From Azolla caroliniana (Eukaryota > Plantae > Polypodiophyta): 64,000 nucleotides of DNA. The position numbers and the translations under genes are program-made. The notes below the pieces were generated by a model, which saw only the letters and a program-made list of their open reading frames with translations, was not told where the DNA came from and ran no database searches. Position 1 is the stretch's first letter. Each line of letters starts with the position of its first letter. Positions 49,633 to 63,150 of this stretch are shown in pieces. The DNA is taken from contig JBHGNT010000001.1 in NCBI GenBank assembly GCA_043228905.1, positions 5,146,001 through 5,210,000 of the forward strand. Direction: 5' to 3'.

Positions 49633-51781
49633 AGAAGCCTACATGTATGTTTGTTATTGCTCATTTTCGTGATCCACGTTTCTAAAATGATTGATTTAGA
49701 GAACACATGGAAAGCCATATATCCTCGATGTCCATAGATTTTGAATCATCATTGCTGCATGCACCCCAAGTTTATGTCCCTCAAAAGTGATGTTGATGTG
49801 GGTAACAAGCAATCTTAGAGAAAAAGTTAAAAAATGCAAGAGTCTTTAACATCAAGTTCTTTTGTTGCAACTTGCATAATATCAAGGTTCATTATGATTT
49901 CCATTTATGGTTGAAGGATTGAATCAATCATAAGAGTAACGAAATGTGAGAATCCGTAATAATGGAACTAGCACATCAAGCTATCCTTACTAGGAAGGGA
50001 ACCTAAGAGTTTACACTTGTTGTTCACCAACCTTTTCTTTGTAAACATTATATATTTGTGATTGATAAAACAAGGCTTGATATCACAAAACGGTTCATTC
50101 TAATTCAACTACATGCTCTTTGCCACTTGATAGTACAAAAGTATATAAGGATATCATTGATAGGTAGTGGCATTTGGCACCTAAAATCGTTTAATTTTTT
50201 ATATGAATAAGAAATTGTGTTTCTACCTATGATTTCAATTTCCAAACTACCTTTCGGCAACATATAATCAATATGAGTTTTTTAATTTCATTTTCAATTT
50301 GCCTCCTTTTTCTTATCATCACCTCTATATTTGGATAGAATTCGATGGATTTTAACATCACTTGCATGTTATTCATATGATGCACATGCTAAATGTTATG
50401 TTAGAGGCCCAAGGGCATGTTGAGACATGCTAAATGTAATGTTGGGCAGGATTTTCCATATATATTAGATTGGTCAATAATCATATTTTAAATGACATGT
50501 CATAGAAAATCTAAATGATCTCCTTATGAGCCATTTCAATCGTCTTTATCTTTGCCATCCTCATGGGTTGTAATTCTTTCTCAATTACGTTACTGCATGT
50601 AATAACCATCAAATCGCTTAAGTGCGTGATGTTTGTCCACCTAACCAAGGTTCAATTCATATATCAATATTTCAATGTAATCAATTGGAATCCGTTTGAT
50701 TTTCATCATAAAATAAAGGAAATGTTTTCTAGTTATTGTTGTAAACGTGGTTGCATCGTAAGAGGTACAACGTTATGAGTACTGAGATGTTATTATGTAG
50801 TGACTAGTGGGTAAAAATAGAATAGAATATTCATCATTAAATTTGTAGGCGTGGGTGAAAAAAGTGTTCCTAGCATAGGATCCTGGTGCCCACCTTCTCA
50901 AACAAAAGTATACAAAAGTAAATAAAAAAAGAGAGCCTTTGCTTGGGTTGCTACATTCCCCTTTTTATCGTAGCACATATGATGAAATGTAGCCGACATT
51001 GTTTTAGCCTATTGTTTTGAGAGGTATGATATTTGGCTGAATTGAACTAGGTGATTTCAACACTAATATAGAAAGACTTGTGTTTTCCACTTAATCTATA
51101 GCGATGGATATGAAATTCACACTTTGAGATGACATTTTATGTTTCGTATTAGTTGTTTTCTGACAATGCGAATTTAAACATTTTGCTAATCTCCAAATTT
51201 CTAAAGGAAAACAGTTTGGAAAGGTAGATCCAATACTATCTATGCACAATTGTTTATAGTTTCATAATAGCATTGTTTTCTCTATATGAATATATACAAA
51301 TAATTATAGTTTCAATGATAATGATTAATCATTAAATTAACAAAAGGATTGTTTGACAACCTAAAACTAATTGTGTTGCATTGCATCAATAGGAATACAT
51401 TCACAACCACATTCAACTCACTTTCTAATACCTCAAATTTTCCCTATTCTTAAATCGAACCAATCAAATACCATCCCTCCACAAAAATCTTAGCTCAATC
51501 ATGTTGTTGCTTTTATACAAGATTGAAAGGTAGTCAATGATCTCCAATGCGCACAAAGGTAGTTTCCCAAACCCTAAACCCATTCACATGAACTAAGGTC
51601 TCACTTATTATCATCAATACCAATAATCCATATTGACAATCCAACTATTGTGCTTCACACCCACACACATGATCACATCCACCAAAGCTTCAGATCTCCA
51701 AACTTATTGAAGATGTAAACATGAAACATTGAACAATGAAATGCAATCAATACATGTCCATTGACACCACTCGTGCATAAT

Positions 51782-52247
51782 TGTTGAGATATCAAGCTCA
51801 ACTAGGTTTAGCTATTTAGTCAACCCTGTAACTTAGTAGTTACATAACTAGACTCTAGTTATAAGTGTTGATTTTAAACCCTTAAATAGGATCTTGTACT
51901 TGTATGTAAGTGGGGATACATTCTCGATCCTCCATTACCAAGTATATTTAATATAGGACTTACATCTATGTACCTATATTCTACTCACACATATGCACCC
52001 TTGCACATGACTTATATATATGTATGTATATATCTCATTGTGGGTATTTTTGTAAGTTGATGATGCTTATTAATATAGAGGAAAGGTCTTTAGCTACACT
52101 CTTGTTAATTATCCCCATTTATATTATTGTTCATAAGTGTAACTTCCTCTCACATACATACGCACACATATCACATAATCTTCCGCTGCTTAACTACTCA
52201 CATAATAAGTCACTAATTAACCCTAGTTAATTACCTAATTATTAACA
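51782..52247. mobile_element. Solo LTR (466 bp)
   Basis: TGTTGA...TTAACA termini flanked by a perfect 5-bp TSD, ATAAT (51777-51781 and 52248-52252). Confidence 0.75.
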
Positions 52248-53783
52248 ATAATCCTTACTTGTGAGAATTGTTTGTGACAAACAATGCCTATATAATATAT
52301 GCTACATTAAAGTGGAGTGAGTGTATAAAGCACCACGTGTGGAAGCTAGGAATAAAACCAGGACATAACAAGAATGATTATATTTTGGATTGTTTACATC
52401 AACACACGATGTGTTAGGCGAGGGGAATTTGCTTGTTTTGGGGAGAGGAAGATACAATTTTCGTAGTTTGTGGCAACATATGTGAAGCATGAATCTCCAC
52501 ACCTTTATGAAGCCATCAAAACACATTGATTTTGCAAAGAAAGGAAGTTTTTGGAATTCCCTCAATTTTTTATTGATGAAAAGGGGAGGCAAGAAGAGTA
52601 GTAAGGCATCATCCCATGAAAGTTGCAGAGTCCGGACCATCTATCTTATGTCTTTTGTAGGTTACATCAGTTTAGAACTCAACATCAAAAGAACTCACAT
52701 GATGGTGAATCATGCTACTATTTTCTAGGTGATAGACAAATAAAATGTGTAAGGTCATTGATAACTCAACATTTATTGGCTTCTTAGTATAGTGTTTTGG
52801 CATTTTTAGAGTGGTATCCATCACATGAATGGGAAGTAATACAAACTATTTGCAATTTGGAGGTAGTTGCAACATCTTGTCTTTTGGTATAGGAGGATAA
52901 GCACTCACTTCTACCACAATTTACCCATATGGCATGCTTGGGTTTGGTTAATGTATAGGATGCCATGTTGTAGATCCAAATAAAAATAACGGCATTTCGA
53001 ACAATTAGGACACGGTTTCGTGTTCCCAGAATTATCATGTTATATCATCTCAGTTGCAAGAAATGCCGACTTTACAATATCCAATTCCAAATTTGACTAT
53101 GGTTACACTTGAGGTAGAAATTCATAGAAGCTTTTGTCGAAGTAGAAATAAATCATGTGTATCATAAACTAATTGATAGGTATGCATAGATGGTAGAGCA
53201 ACTTAATAAAGAATGGTGAATAGCAAGATCGAATTGGTGGTTGCAGAGTGTGGTGCAAGCAATCTCATTTTCCTTTTCAACGCAGATGGCATTTATTTGG
53301 AGGGTCATGGTGGGTGGATTACCCATGGGGGTTGCTTTGTGAAGATAGAATATTGCTTTCTGGAATGTGTTTGTTTTGTAGAACTTCATAGGAACATAGT
53401 CGACATCGATTTATCAATTGTCCAATGAGAAGGGCTATTTGGTAATTTATATATATATAGTGGGCTTCTATAAGTGGAGTGTCAAAATCTTTGTTTCAAT
53501 GGTTGTTTGTTCCTATGTAGTCAAGAATGCCTTCTCCACATTTTGAGATAGTATTTCAATATCTAAGGTATTGGGGATTATGGCATTATTGGCGGATGAG
53601 GAATTCCTTTGTTTTTTTAAAAGATGAATATGGGGTTAAAAAATACATTTGACAATTAAAAAGCATACTAGTGATGACAATTTTCCTTATTGGAAACTTG
53701 TGGGAGGTTGTGAGGGGAAAAATTAGAGATCGATAGGCTGTTGTTTATCACTAGGGACGACATAGGCCCCATAACAATGGATG

Positions 53784-54540
53784 ATTGGTTGAGGCAAAAT
53801 CAGCAATATGCTTGTGGAATGCATTGTGGTGAATCTACGGAATCTATTTTGCATTTGTTTTGGATGTGTCCCAAAATCAAGCAATTCTGGAGTAAGTTGT
53901 TTTTATTACTAAGAAACCACTATGCTCGTTCTACTTTCTCGTGGGGTGCAGTATTATGGGGTGTCCTTCATGGAGATGTTATGAATTACGAACGTATGCA
54001 TGCTTCTCATGTTTTTTACTTTTCCAATGGGTACATCTATCTCACTTCATTTCCATCTGTTATTCCTCGGTTTAGAACTGAAAATCTGGTTATTTGGCGT
54101 ACTGTTACGTCACTAGCGCTGTGGACAATATGGAAAACGAGATGCGATGCTGTTTTTAATAATGCTCACATACATCTCAATAATATGCTTATTGAATTCT
54201 GGTGGTTATTTGTCCACACCATACGTGGACAATATGATGATTTGCAGGGTACAACTGATGCTCAAAGGCAACGTCAAGTGGACTTTAAGAAACGGTGGCG
54301 AGGGCTTCACTTATTTTCAGATACGTCTCCTGGTATGAAGTGGAATTATTCCATTCCTCCTTTTTTATTGCATAGCTTGTAGATGGTGTTCCATTTGTTC
54401 CTATTGTGATATCATCTGTATCATCAGATGTTGGTATTATTTTGTATTACAATAGAGGTGAGATGAAATGTCTCCCTCTGTTTTCTATATGTACATTTCT
54501 CAAGTAATTTACTAAGGTGTATCTTTTTATAATAAAAAAA
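53784..54540 (+). mobile_element. 5'-truncated L1-type LINE carrying the zf-RVT/C-terminal part of ORF2
   Basis: Open frame CGMHCGESTESILHLFWMCP...LWTIWKTRCDAVFN, AATAAA plus an A-tail at 54531-54540, and an 11-bp TSD AACAATGGATG (53773-53783 and 54541-54551). Confidence 0.88.
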
Positions 54541-55090
54541 AACAATGGATGCATCTAGATAGAGGGACGAAGGGTGTCATGAGAACCCTCATCAATTGAT
54601 CTGTGGTGAACCCATAGGATATATCAAACATAATCCATATACATATGAATCATAATTCGACTTTCGTAATTCATGCATATTACTCTTTATGAAGAAAGAA
54701 GATTGTGTATACATATATATATATATATAGTCTATAGATAGATAGATAGCTCTAGCCTCTTATATGAACCCTGTGTATAACACATACATACATATATACA
54801 TATGTATGTCCATATGTATACATTAAGAGGGAGGGGCCAGCGTTTCGTAGTTTTACATAAATTGGGGGCCTATATTTGTAATATTTATAATTCCTGCAAA
54901 CGCTCTTCTTCTTCGATTTCCTCTGCAGGCGTGTACGTTTTCCTTCCTTCACAGAAGCAGAGCAAAGCAACACAGGCACAGGCACAGGCACAGAGCGAGA
55001 GAAACAGACAGAGACAGAGACAGAGACAGACGGACAGACAGAGAGAGTTCGCGCGACAGAGAGGAAAGCCATCCATCAGGCCTTCCAGCC

Positions 55091-57209
55091 ATGGCTAGGA
55101 ACGAAGAGAAAGCGCAGTCCATGCTCAACAGGTTCCTGGCCTTCAAGAATGAGGAGAAGAAGAAGCCCAAGGAGAAGCGTCCGTACCTGGCGTCTCAGTG
55201 CAGGGACCTTGCAGATGCCGACAAATGGAGGCTCCAGATACTGAGAGAGATTGGGAGGAAGGTAATGGACATACAGAACCCAGGGCTCGGGGAACATCGC
55301 CTCAGGGACCTCAACGACGAGATCAACAAGCTGATCAGAGAGAAAAGCCACTGGGAAACTAGGATTTTGGAGCTAGGGGGTCCTAACTATGCACGGACAG
55401 CGCCCCGGGTCACTGATGCAGATGGGAAGGAGATTGTTGACTGCCGTGGCGCTGGGTACCGATATTTTGGTGCTGCCAAACTCCTGCCTGGTGTCCGTGA
55501 GCTCTTTGAAAAACCTCCTGAAGCCAAACGGAGGAGATCAAGGTACACATATATATGTCTGTGCGTGTTTGATTTTGGTTTTTTTGCCTCCTTTCTCGTT
55601 ATTGTCTATATACTTACACAATAATAGGAAATCCTAAAAGGGATACACTCGGTCACTTTGCAGTCACCAAGTGTCAAAATTTTCTTTGTGCAGAGGAGCC
55701 ATCTTTAGCATTGTAGATATGAAATTAAGCTGTCTTAAAAGGTGTCATATTTTTAGTTAAATTGGTGGTTTGGTTAAATCTCTATCTCCTGTGCTGTGAA
55801 ATCAATGCTAAATTGGTGGTTTAGTTTGGGTTTACTGCGCTCTGGAAGTTCCACATCCCATTGTATAGGTTTGATGTCATCGATGTTTCTATGGAGTCTA
55901 ATTCATGTAAAACTTTGTGCTCATGGTATGCATTGATCACTGCCCTCAATTGATGGGGGCATGTGTCATGGTTAGAGATAGAAGTTTGGCAGTAACTCAG
56001 AAATCCCCCTTCTCCCCCCACTGTGTATTTATGTCATTGTTTTTAATGTGTCCTTGTGGTAGATACTTTGCCAAGCAGTTCTATTCAGCAATAGATTTTT
56101 AGAACTTGATTTTCCTTGGACAATTCTTCATGTTATGTCTAAGTATGGTGATATGTTTTCTGCAACTGCTTTGTTCAATGTGTCACTTTTGTCTTTGTAT
56201 TCTACTTCACTACAAATGAAATCCAGTCAAATTTATGGCAGATTCATCTTTTCCTTCAATATGTTGCCCTGCATGAGAACTTTATTAACATCTAGATTTA
56301 AAATGATCTAAGACATATTCTTTTGTCATCTAAAAGCTATTCTCCAACAGTGTGATTACATATGTGTGTAATTACTCCTTCATTGAGACTCTCTTGGCAG
56401 GGAAGAGATAAAATGTTGTTGACAAGCTTCATTCAGACCATAGTGACCAAAGAACACATGATGTCCTGTACACATGTTTCAAACATCAGAAATGGATGAA
56501 TGCAATCGTCGTGTTTTTCTTTTATTCCTTTGAATTAAGCATTTTTCCCGAAGTTATTTTGTATAGTGAGCATGCTTTGCTCATTTGTTCAACTGTCTGC
56601 ATATTCTATAGTGAGCACGCTTTGCTCACCATACATGAACCACCATGAGTTTGTGTGTTTTTTGTAGCTAGTGGGTGGGCTTGATTGAATGTAATGACCT
56701 TGTTCACTGAGTTCATGGCATTATTGGCTGCAACTTTGTATTCTTTATTTCTGACACAAATGATCGGGATGGAAATTGGCAGGTATGAGATGTATAAACG
56801 CATTGATGCTGATTATTACGGTTACCGAGACGAAGAGGATGGAATCCTTCTGCCATTGGAGAAAGAAGCAGAGCAGGAAATGAGGTCGAAGGCAATCAAT
56901 GAGTGGAATGCGATTGAAGCCGTGAAGAATGCTGCAAAGAAAACCGTGAAGAGTGGCGATGTTGCTCGAGTGAAACCTTTGTTTTTTGATGAGGAAGAGA
57001 CACTTGACGAAGAAAATGAGAGTGATGATGAGATGAACAACAAGACGAAAACTCGAGAGTTTGTTGCTCACGTTCCATTACCTGATGAGAAAGAGATAGA
57101 GAGGATGGTTGTAGAGAAGAAGAAGCTTGAGTTGTTGAGCAAATACACTAGTGAGATTCTTGTTGAGGAACAACAGGAAGCCAAGAATCTCTTGAATATT
57201 CAACGATGA
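55091..57209 (+). CDS. ISY1: Pre-mRNA splicing factor ISY1 (NTC/Prp19 complex), 2 exons
   Basis: Exons 55091-55542 and 56783-57209 give MARNEEKAQSMLNRF...RLRDLNDEINKLIREKSHWE...YRYFGAAKLLPGVRELFE...RYEMYKRIDADYYGYRDEEDG...KKKLELLSKY. Confidence 0.96.
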
Positions 57210-59693
57210 CTGGGCTGGCCGATATTTTTAGTCTGTATATTTTACATTATAAGCTTCCAAAAGGTTGTGGAATGGATCATTTTCTACATGAAATGTGTTC
57301 GATTCTGTTTGAACTCTTTAGGTTATGAAATTTTGCACTGACTTGTTTGAAAAACAGTAAACCGGGCTGACTTTTGTATGTTGTTGGTTCCAAGTTCATT
57401 GTGGTATAGTTGTGAAAAGCTGATACAGTTGTGAAATTAGGTAAATTTCTTCTAGATGGTTTAGGAGAGCATGTTAATATCTTCATAACGGTTCTGGATT
57501 TTCTTCTACAATACACATCCGCTAACTTTTGGATGTGAGCACACTATCTTACTCTGTAATAAGTATTCGAAGCAAACAACTTTTATAATCATGCTTAAAT
57601 GATGGTACACGCATACCAAAGCTATCCAAGTAGTGGTCTTAGGAACACAATCTTTACGATATGATTGAATGGAGTTAGTTAGATCGTAAAATTTTTGTCC
57701 CCAAATTATTGATGATGCCAACAAGCAATCTGTTGGGTTCATTGTCTTCTTTAGAATATCCTTGTCATGATGATGGGATGCCACCAATGTAATTGTGAAA
57801 TAGGTTTGTCAAATTCCCTTCATCATCATATGTTCTTCTAAATGCATTGGCATCCTTTATCATTACAAAAGCAGACAGCTTTCAAACTATTATTGATTGC
57901 ATGGAGAGTTTATCAAGGGCATCTGAGCCGAAAAGCAAAGTTATTATCATATGCCTATGAGATATTCTTGAACATAGAGCATCACAATGTATAGTGTAAA
58001 GTGCACTAGTTATACGAGGGGTTAGTTGGAAGTTATACAACATAAGTTCTAGTTAGTTATACTAAGGTGTAAGAGGCTTCTTCCTTAAGGGGCTATTAGT
58101 CTCCTTTGCTCGGTTAGAATGTGCAACAATATCATGCCATATGTATATATTCTCACAAACATTTGTTTTGCTGATATTACACTATAGATACTGGTTTGTT
58201 TTGCTCCTGTGCAATTATTGGATGATATAGTGTGTTGAGGTTCATACGCCGCCAAATGCTTTGTTAATGAAAAGCAAATCCACAGTTACCATTTCAGCAC
58301 AGGTTGCTTGCATTGTGTTTCTCTGGATTTTGACAAATTACACAATACCTAGGTCTTACCTTTGATGGCTATAAAAAGAGGGGCAAAGTAAAGGGATATT
58401 GTTTTTGTTTTTTTCGTATCATGAGAAAAAGTGGGCAAACATATCCTCTGGATAGCAGAAAAGGGTGTCAAAAACAAAAGAGTTTGTATGTCCATTACAT
58501 GAATAATCAAATTGTCCCACAACCCAAAGTTAGAGCCTGTACATTTTAGAATTTTTACTTGCAGAGTCTGTTTTAAGACTTAATCAGTGTGATAATTTCG
58601 TTGATCATTCTCTTACTACCAATCTTGATCCTCATTGCTTGTCCTTGGCAACTCCCAAACACCAGGTTCCTTTCTTTCCAACAGCAGTGTAGATCTACAA
58701 AAAGTTAGTACATAGTTGGGTTTGTTGATGAAGTTTCAGAAAATAAAAACGGCTTTGGCTTTTTTATAATGGTATAATGATAAACTAAGCTCACGTGGAA
58801 CAACATACAACTTCACACTAAAAAATTTCTGATCGTAGGCCTTTCAAACCTTCCAATTTGAAAGGGAGCAGTGACAAATCTTATTATCATGTAATAATAT
58901 AAAAGGCCTCTTGCATTTCAAGGACAAAAAAATGCATTCTATTCATTCGCAAGGGTTGCATGTTTATAAGGCTTAAATGTTCACAAAATGTTTATAAGGC
59001 TTAAATCGCATCCATTCATGAAGCCAAAATGATAAAGAACACATGCTTACAAGGCTTATATCAGCAGCATTCTCTGAATCCTGGAAGTATTGAAATCGTC
59101 TATTTGCATAGAAACCAAAAGGATTTGATTCATCCATTTGCAGAGGAACAATGGTTTCAAAAGCCAATGATATTATAAACGTTGAACAAACATATATCTA
59201 TGCAGGCAGAAAGATATCCATGCAGAATGATTGCGTCACTTCCAACGGCACTATTCTTGATTTCCCTAGTGTTTCCAAACCTAGCTAATTCTTTCTGCAA
59301 AATTACAAACAGATAATAAGAAAAACAGATAAGAAACGAAATCTTCTAGCAAAGTACTTCTTAATAATAAGGAAACAACTCCTGAAAAGAGAAATTATAT
59401 GCAAATTGGAAAGACGATCAATTTTACATGCATTCGGGAATCAAAGTGATCACTTGATCAAACAATGCTCTCTTGATCCTCATAGGATACTCAAAGGTTC
59501 TAAACTCAAAGGTTGACAACCTATGAAACATGAAACAAAATGAAAATTTGAACCAGGATATGAAAGATTTTAAACCATCACCATATGAAAGAGAATAGAC
59601 AATTTAGAAAGAACACATGAAGGATGAAACAACCAACAAGATACAGAAGAGGAAAGTCAAGAGATCTAACCATTTCTTTCTTTTTCTCCTTGT

Positions 59694-60119
59694 TCATGAA
59701 TCATAGAGAAGTGATTCCTGATGCGTTTCAAGGACAACATCAGAGAGGGGGTACGCAACGCAGGTAAGAACAAATCCCTGAGCGACTCTTGAATCATCCA
59801 GAAAGGTCTGGTAGCTCTGATCCACTTCACCAGACTTCAGGATCGCAGCACAAGAGGAGCAGTTTCCAGATCTGCAAGAGATCGGGAGCTCGAGTCCAGC
59901 TTTCTCCGCAGCGTCAGAGATATAAACGTCTTCTGGAACGTCGAGAATCTTCTCGCCGTGTGGAGTTCTTAGGGTAACCTTGAAAGCCTGCGTGCCTGAC
60001 AGGGCTCTTGCAACCATGGATTTTCTTGCGTTACGGATGGAGACATTGGTGTGGAATCTTTGGTGCTGCTGGTGCGGAGGATGAGAGAGAGTGGAGGACA
60101 TGGCAGAAGCTGAGGCCAT
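59694..60119 (-). CDS. Plastid-targeted plant-type [2Fe-2S] ferredoxin, intronless, divergent
   Basis: Ser/Ala-rich transit peptide and CX4CX2C...C ligands (CRSGNCSSC...VLTCVAYP). Confidence 0.93.
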   Translation of the reverse strand: MASASAMSSTLSHPPHQQHQRFHTNVSIRNARKSMVARALSGTQAFKVTLRTPHGEKILDVPEDVYISDAAEKAGLELPISCRSGNCSSCAAILKSGEVDQSYQTFLDDSRVAQGFVLTCVAYPLSDVVLETHQESLLYDS

Positions 60120-61305
60120 GGTTGTGCTTCTCGGATAAAACTCTCTTTGGTGGTGCTGGTAGAGAGAACTAGCTAACTCTCATATCGTCTTAAGGAGTCA
60201 AAGTAGAGCTTTTTTTTTCAAGACATTTGCATGCTATCTATTTACACACATCCAACAGGAGTTTGGAATGCAATGCTTTTTCTCTATTACCGAATAACCT
60301 CAAAACCAAAATACAGTATAAGGTTCCGAAAGAAATCAGCAGCTCTCTCACAAACTGAGAGTTGGTGCACTATAAAAAATAGGTCTATATGGGAGTATCA
60401 TGGTGTTGCAATATTCAAGTAGACGTATGATTATGATTGCTGCACTATTGAATATGATCAATGTCTTCGCAAACTATGCTCCGTGCCCATGATCACAATT
60501 AATGATCGAGTCTGATCGTAAACATATCCACCCAAGAAAGCCATCATTTCTAATCCCCGTGAAGCTCAAGATGCCATCACGACCACGAAAAACCTCTCCT
60601 ATACTCCACAACATTCGAAGAAAAATTATGCACACTAACAAGCATCAATCTCTGAAAAAGCCACCCACTTTCACGTGCCAACATGTTCTACATTGTGTCC
60701 ATTTTGATCTCCCAATTTCAACCCATCAACATTACTCTTTTCACATTTGCATTTGTACATCTCAAATTTAGTTGGAAATTCTCAATCACAATATATCATG
60801 CTCATGGAGCTATTCTTTTGGTGCCACGATCATTAATACAAATATTAAAAAATGGAAGTAGATATCACATACATCTTTCTCACTAAATCTGAATGCATAG
60901 ACTATCCCATCTTTATTTGGGGAAATGGATACAGAGCAATTGAATAAAACATTGCCACATTATTAAATGGAACCAGTTTTCCACAGAAATTTTTTATTCA
61001 TTCAAAGCAAACAATGGTTATGAAAAGTGTTTGACAACAATGAAAAATTGTCACTTGTATATCTTTGCTAAAGTTAAAGCCCCGAAGAATATTTGTCATC
61101 TCTTCCACGGCAGTGAGGGGAGGACATGTTAGCTTATCAAGCTGCCCGGAGGACAAGTAATTCTTCAAACCACATTTAAACGGATCTTGAATTTGCATCC
61201 GTTTAACATTTTTTTTTATATAAACAGGGGAGTGGAAAAGGCATACCCAAATGCACATAGACATATTGAGCACAATTGTAATAAACGAGGAGTGTCCTAT
61301 ACGAT

Positions 61306-62110
61306 TTATAGAGTTTTCTTATCCACACCCTTCTTCCGCTCTTCTATTTCCTTGTTGTGTAATTCAAGAAGATAGCTTTGCGCTGTTGTATTGATGATAC
61401 TATTGAAGAAGGTTATGAGCATTATCCAAACAAAGGTATTCCAAACCATCGCTGGAGAAAACTTCCAAGGACTAGAAGTAGCCTTTTGGAAGAAAAAGCC
61501 AACACACCAAAAAGTAAACAATCAGCACATAAACTCTAAACCCTAAGCTATTTCACAAGAACATAAACTCTAAGAGTAAAACATTAAATACAATTTACTG
61601 CAACCACAGAGGTATTCTTGTAAGTTTTGAAAAGGTATTGGGGGTATTTGGGTGTTTTTTTATTTATTGGGGATATTATCTAAAATAAAACATCCAGTTA
61701 CCTTGTCAATGCCGGGCAGACCATTGCTGTCATCATCATTGTAACTCTTTTTGGCTTTCTCAAGTTGGCGCAAAACCGCATTCAAAATACCAGCAACAGC
61801 TGGTGTTCTCTCAAATAACCAACTGACATAGGCTTCAATTTGTTCAATAAGATGGTTGTTGCATAATATGATAATGAAAACCGTCTTTAGGAAAACCAAA
61901 AATAAGTAGTTAGTGTTTTCTCACACACAATAATGATGATTTTAAACCTTTTAATACATTACTAGCCTGAGGTTTCTTTTTAACTTTTTTCACCTGGATA
62001 TGAGTCTTGATGATAGCTTTCCCTATCAATGTTGGGATAAAGAATCTCCAAAATGGAACCAACATTTGACCACACATCATACCAGCAAGATCAAACAAAG
62101 GGTTTGGCAC
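61306..62110 (-). CDS. VMP1: Vacuole membrane protein VMP1/KMS1 (SNARE_assoc/VTT family), last three exons; gene continues beyond the window end
   Basis: Exons 61994-62110, 61702-61884 and 61306-61482 give [49 protein letters not shown]...[25 protein letters not shown]. Confidence 0.92.
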
Positions 62111-62719
62111 CTAAAGAACCAATAAACATCAGGCTATTGAAGTTGGAACGATATACGTTTACTAATAACTACGTGCATTAATCATATCCAAAAAAACTCA
62201 AATAGGGAATTGGCAGAACTTTGAGCTGCCAACCAATAATATCTTATATGCCCTTCTTTGACATTGCACAGATTTTTTACCGTTAAAGGCTTCCAAACAA
62301 AAGAGCTGAAACTAAGGTTGTTTTGCATACCATACGACTGCTAAAGTTCTGATATAATTGTATGACCATTAGCTGTAAAGTTGCATTTAATAACAGGCAT
62401 AATTTGCTTTTATTAAGTTTTGCTTTCCAACTGTCTATGTGAAACCAAACCTAAGTTCTCTGATATCCAACATTTTCTATCACCTTCTTTTCACTGTGTA
62501 TTTTTCCTGTGCCACCTAGCCATTCTCATTCTTGTTCTTCATTTCTAAGATCAATTTTCTCCTCTTGAATTCATTACAGTGAATGGCGGGAAGCTAAGAA
62601 TTTGATTAATTCTAAGATTTTATTGCTGTTGAACTGCCACATTATTTTTTGCATGATAAATCATCTAAACCTTATAAAAATAAGCTGTATGAAAGTGATT
62701 TACACTAGCACTTCCAGTT

Positions 62720-63150
62720 TCTATTGAGGTTTGGAAATCCAGGAGCCTCTTGCACTTCAATTGAAATCTGGGCTAATATTTCCGATTTAAGGATCAGGGT
62801 TTACTCCTTAATCCACCGCTCTTGAATTACCCATTTATTCCCTTGTGACTATGCATTTCCCCTCTATTGAGGTTTGGAAATCCAGGAGCCTCTTGCACTT
62901 CAATTGAAATCTGGGCTAATATTTCCGATTTAAGGATCAGGGTTTACTCCTTAATCCACCGCTCTTGAATTACCCATTTATTCCCTTGTGATTACGCATT
63001 TCCCCTCTATTGAGGTTTGGAAATCCAGGAGCCTCTTGCACTTCAATTGAAATCTGGGCTAATATAGGCAATTTAAGGATCAGGGTTTACCCTTTAATCC
63101 ACCCCTCTTGAATTACCCATTTATTCCCTTGTGACTATGCATTTCCCCCT
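62720..63150. repeat. 143-bp tandem repeat, 3 near-identical copies, in a VMP1 intron
   Basis: CTATTGAGGTTTGGAAATCCAGGAGCC begins at 62721, 62864 and 63007. Confidence 0.95.

Noticed and set aside
52300-53600. Possible minus-strand decayed retroelement coding sequence
   Set aside because: Coding-like composition but no diagnostic motif that I can verify.
53741-54382. 213-aa ORF as a host gene
   Set aside because: It is the zf-RVT end of a truncated LINE; the ORF start lies outside the TSD-bounded insertion and is not an ATG.
57990-58186. ~200-bp element with a 10-bp inverted repeat TATAGTGTAA/TTACACTATA
   Set aside because: No direct TSD in either a MITE or solo-LTR reading, so the class cannot be supported.
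32643-60119. Functional plastid gene cluster (PPR, atpC, ferredoxin)
   Set aside because: The genes are separated by unrelated loci and transposon debris; there is no evidence of co-regulation and PPR targeting is unknown.
59694-62110. Ferredoxin nested within the VMP1 gene
   Set aside because: VMP1 reaches its stop at 61306, about 1.2 kb before the ferredoxin ATG; they are simple tandem neighbours.
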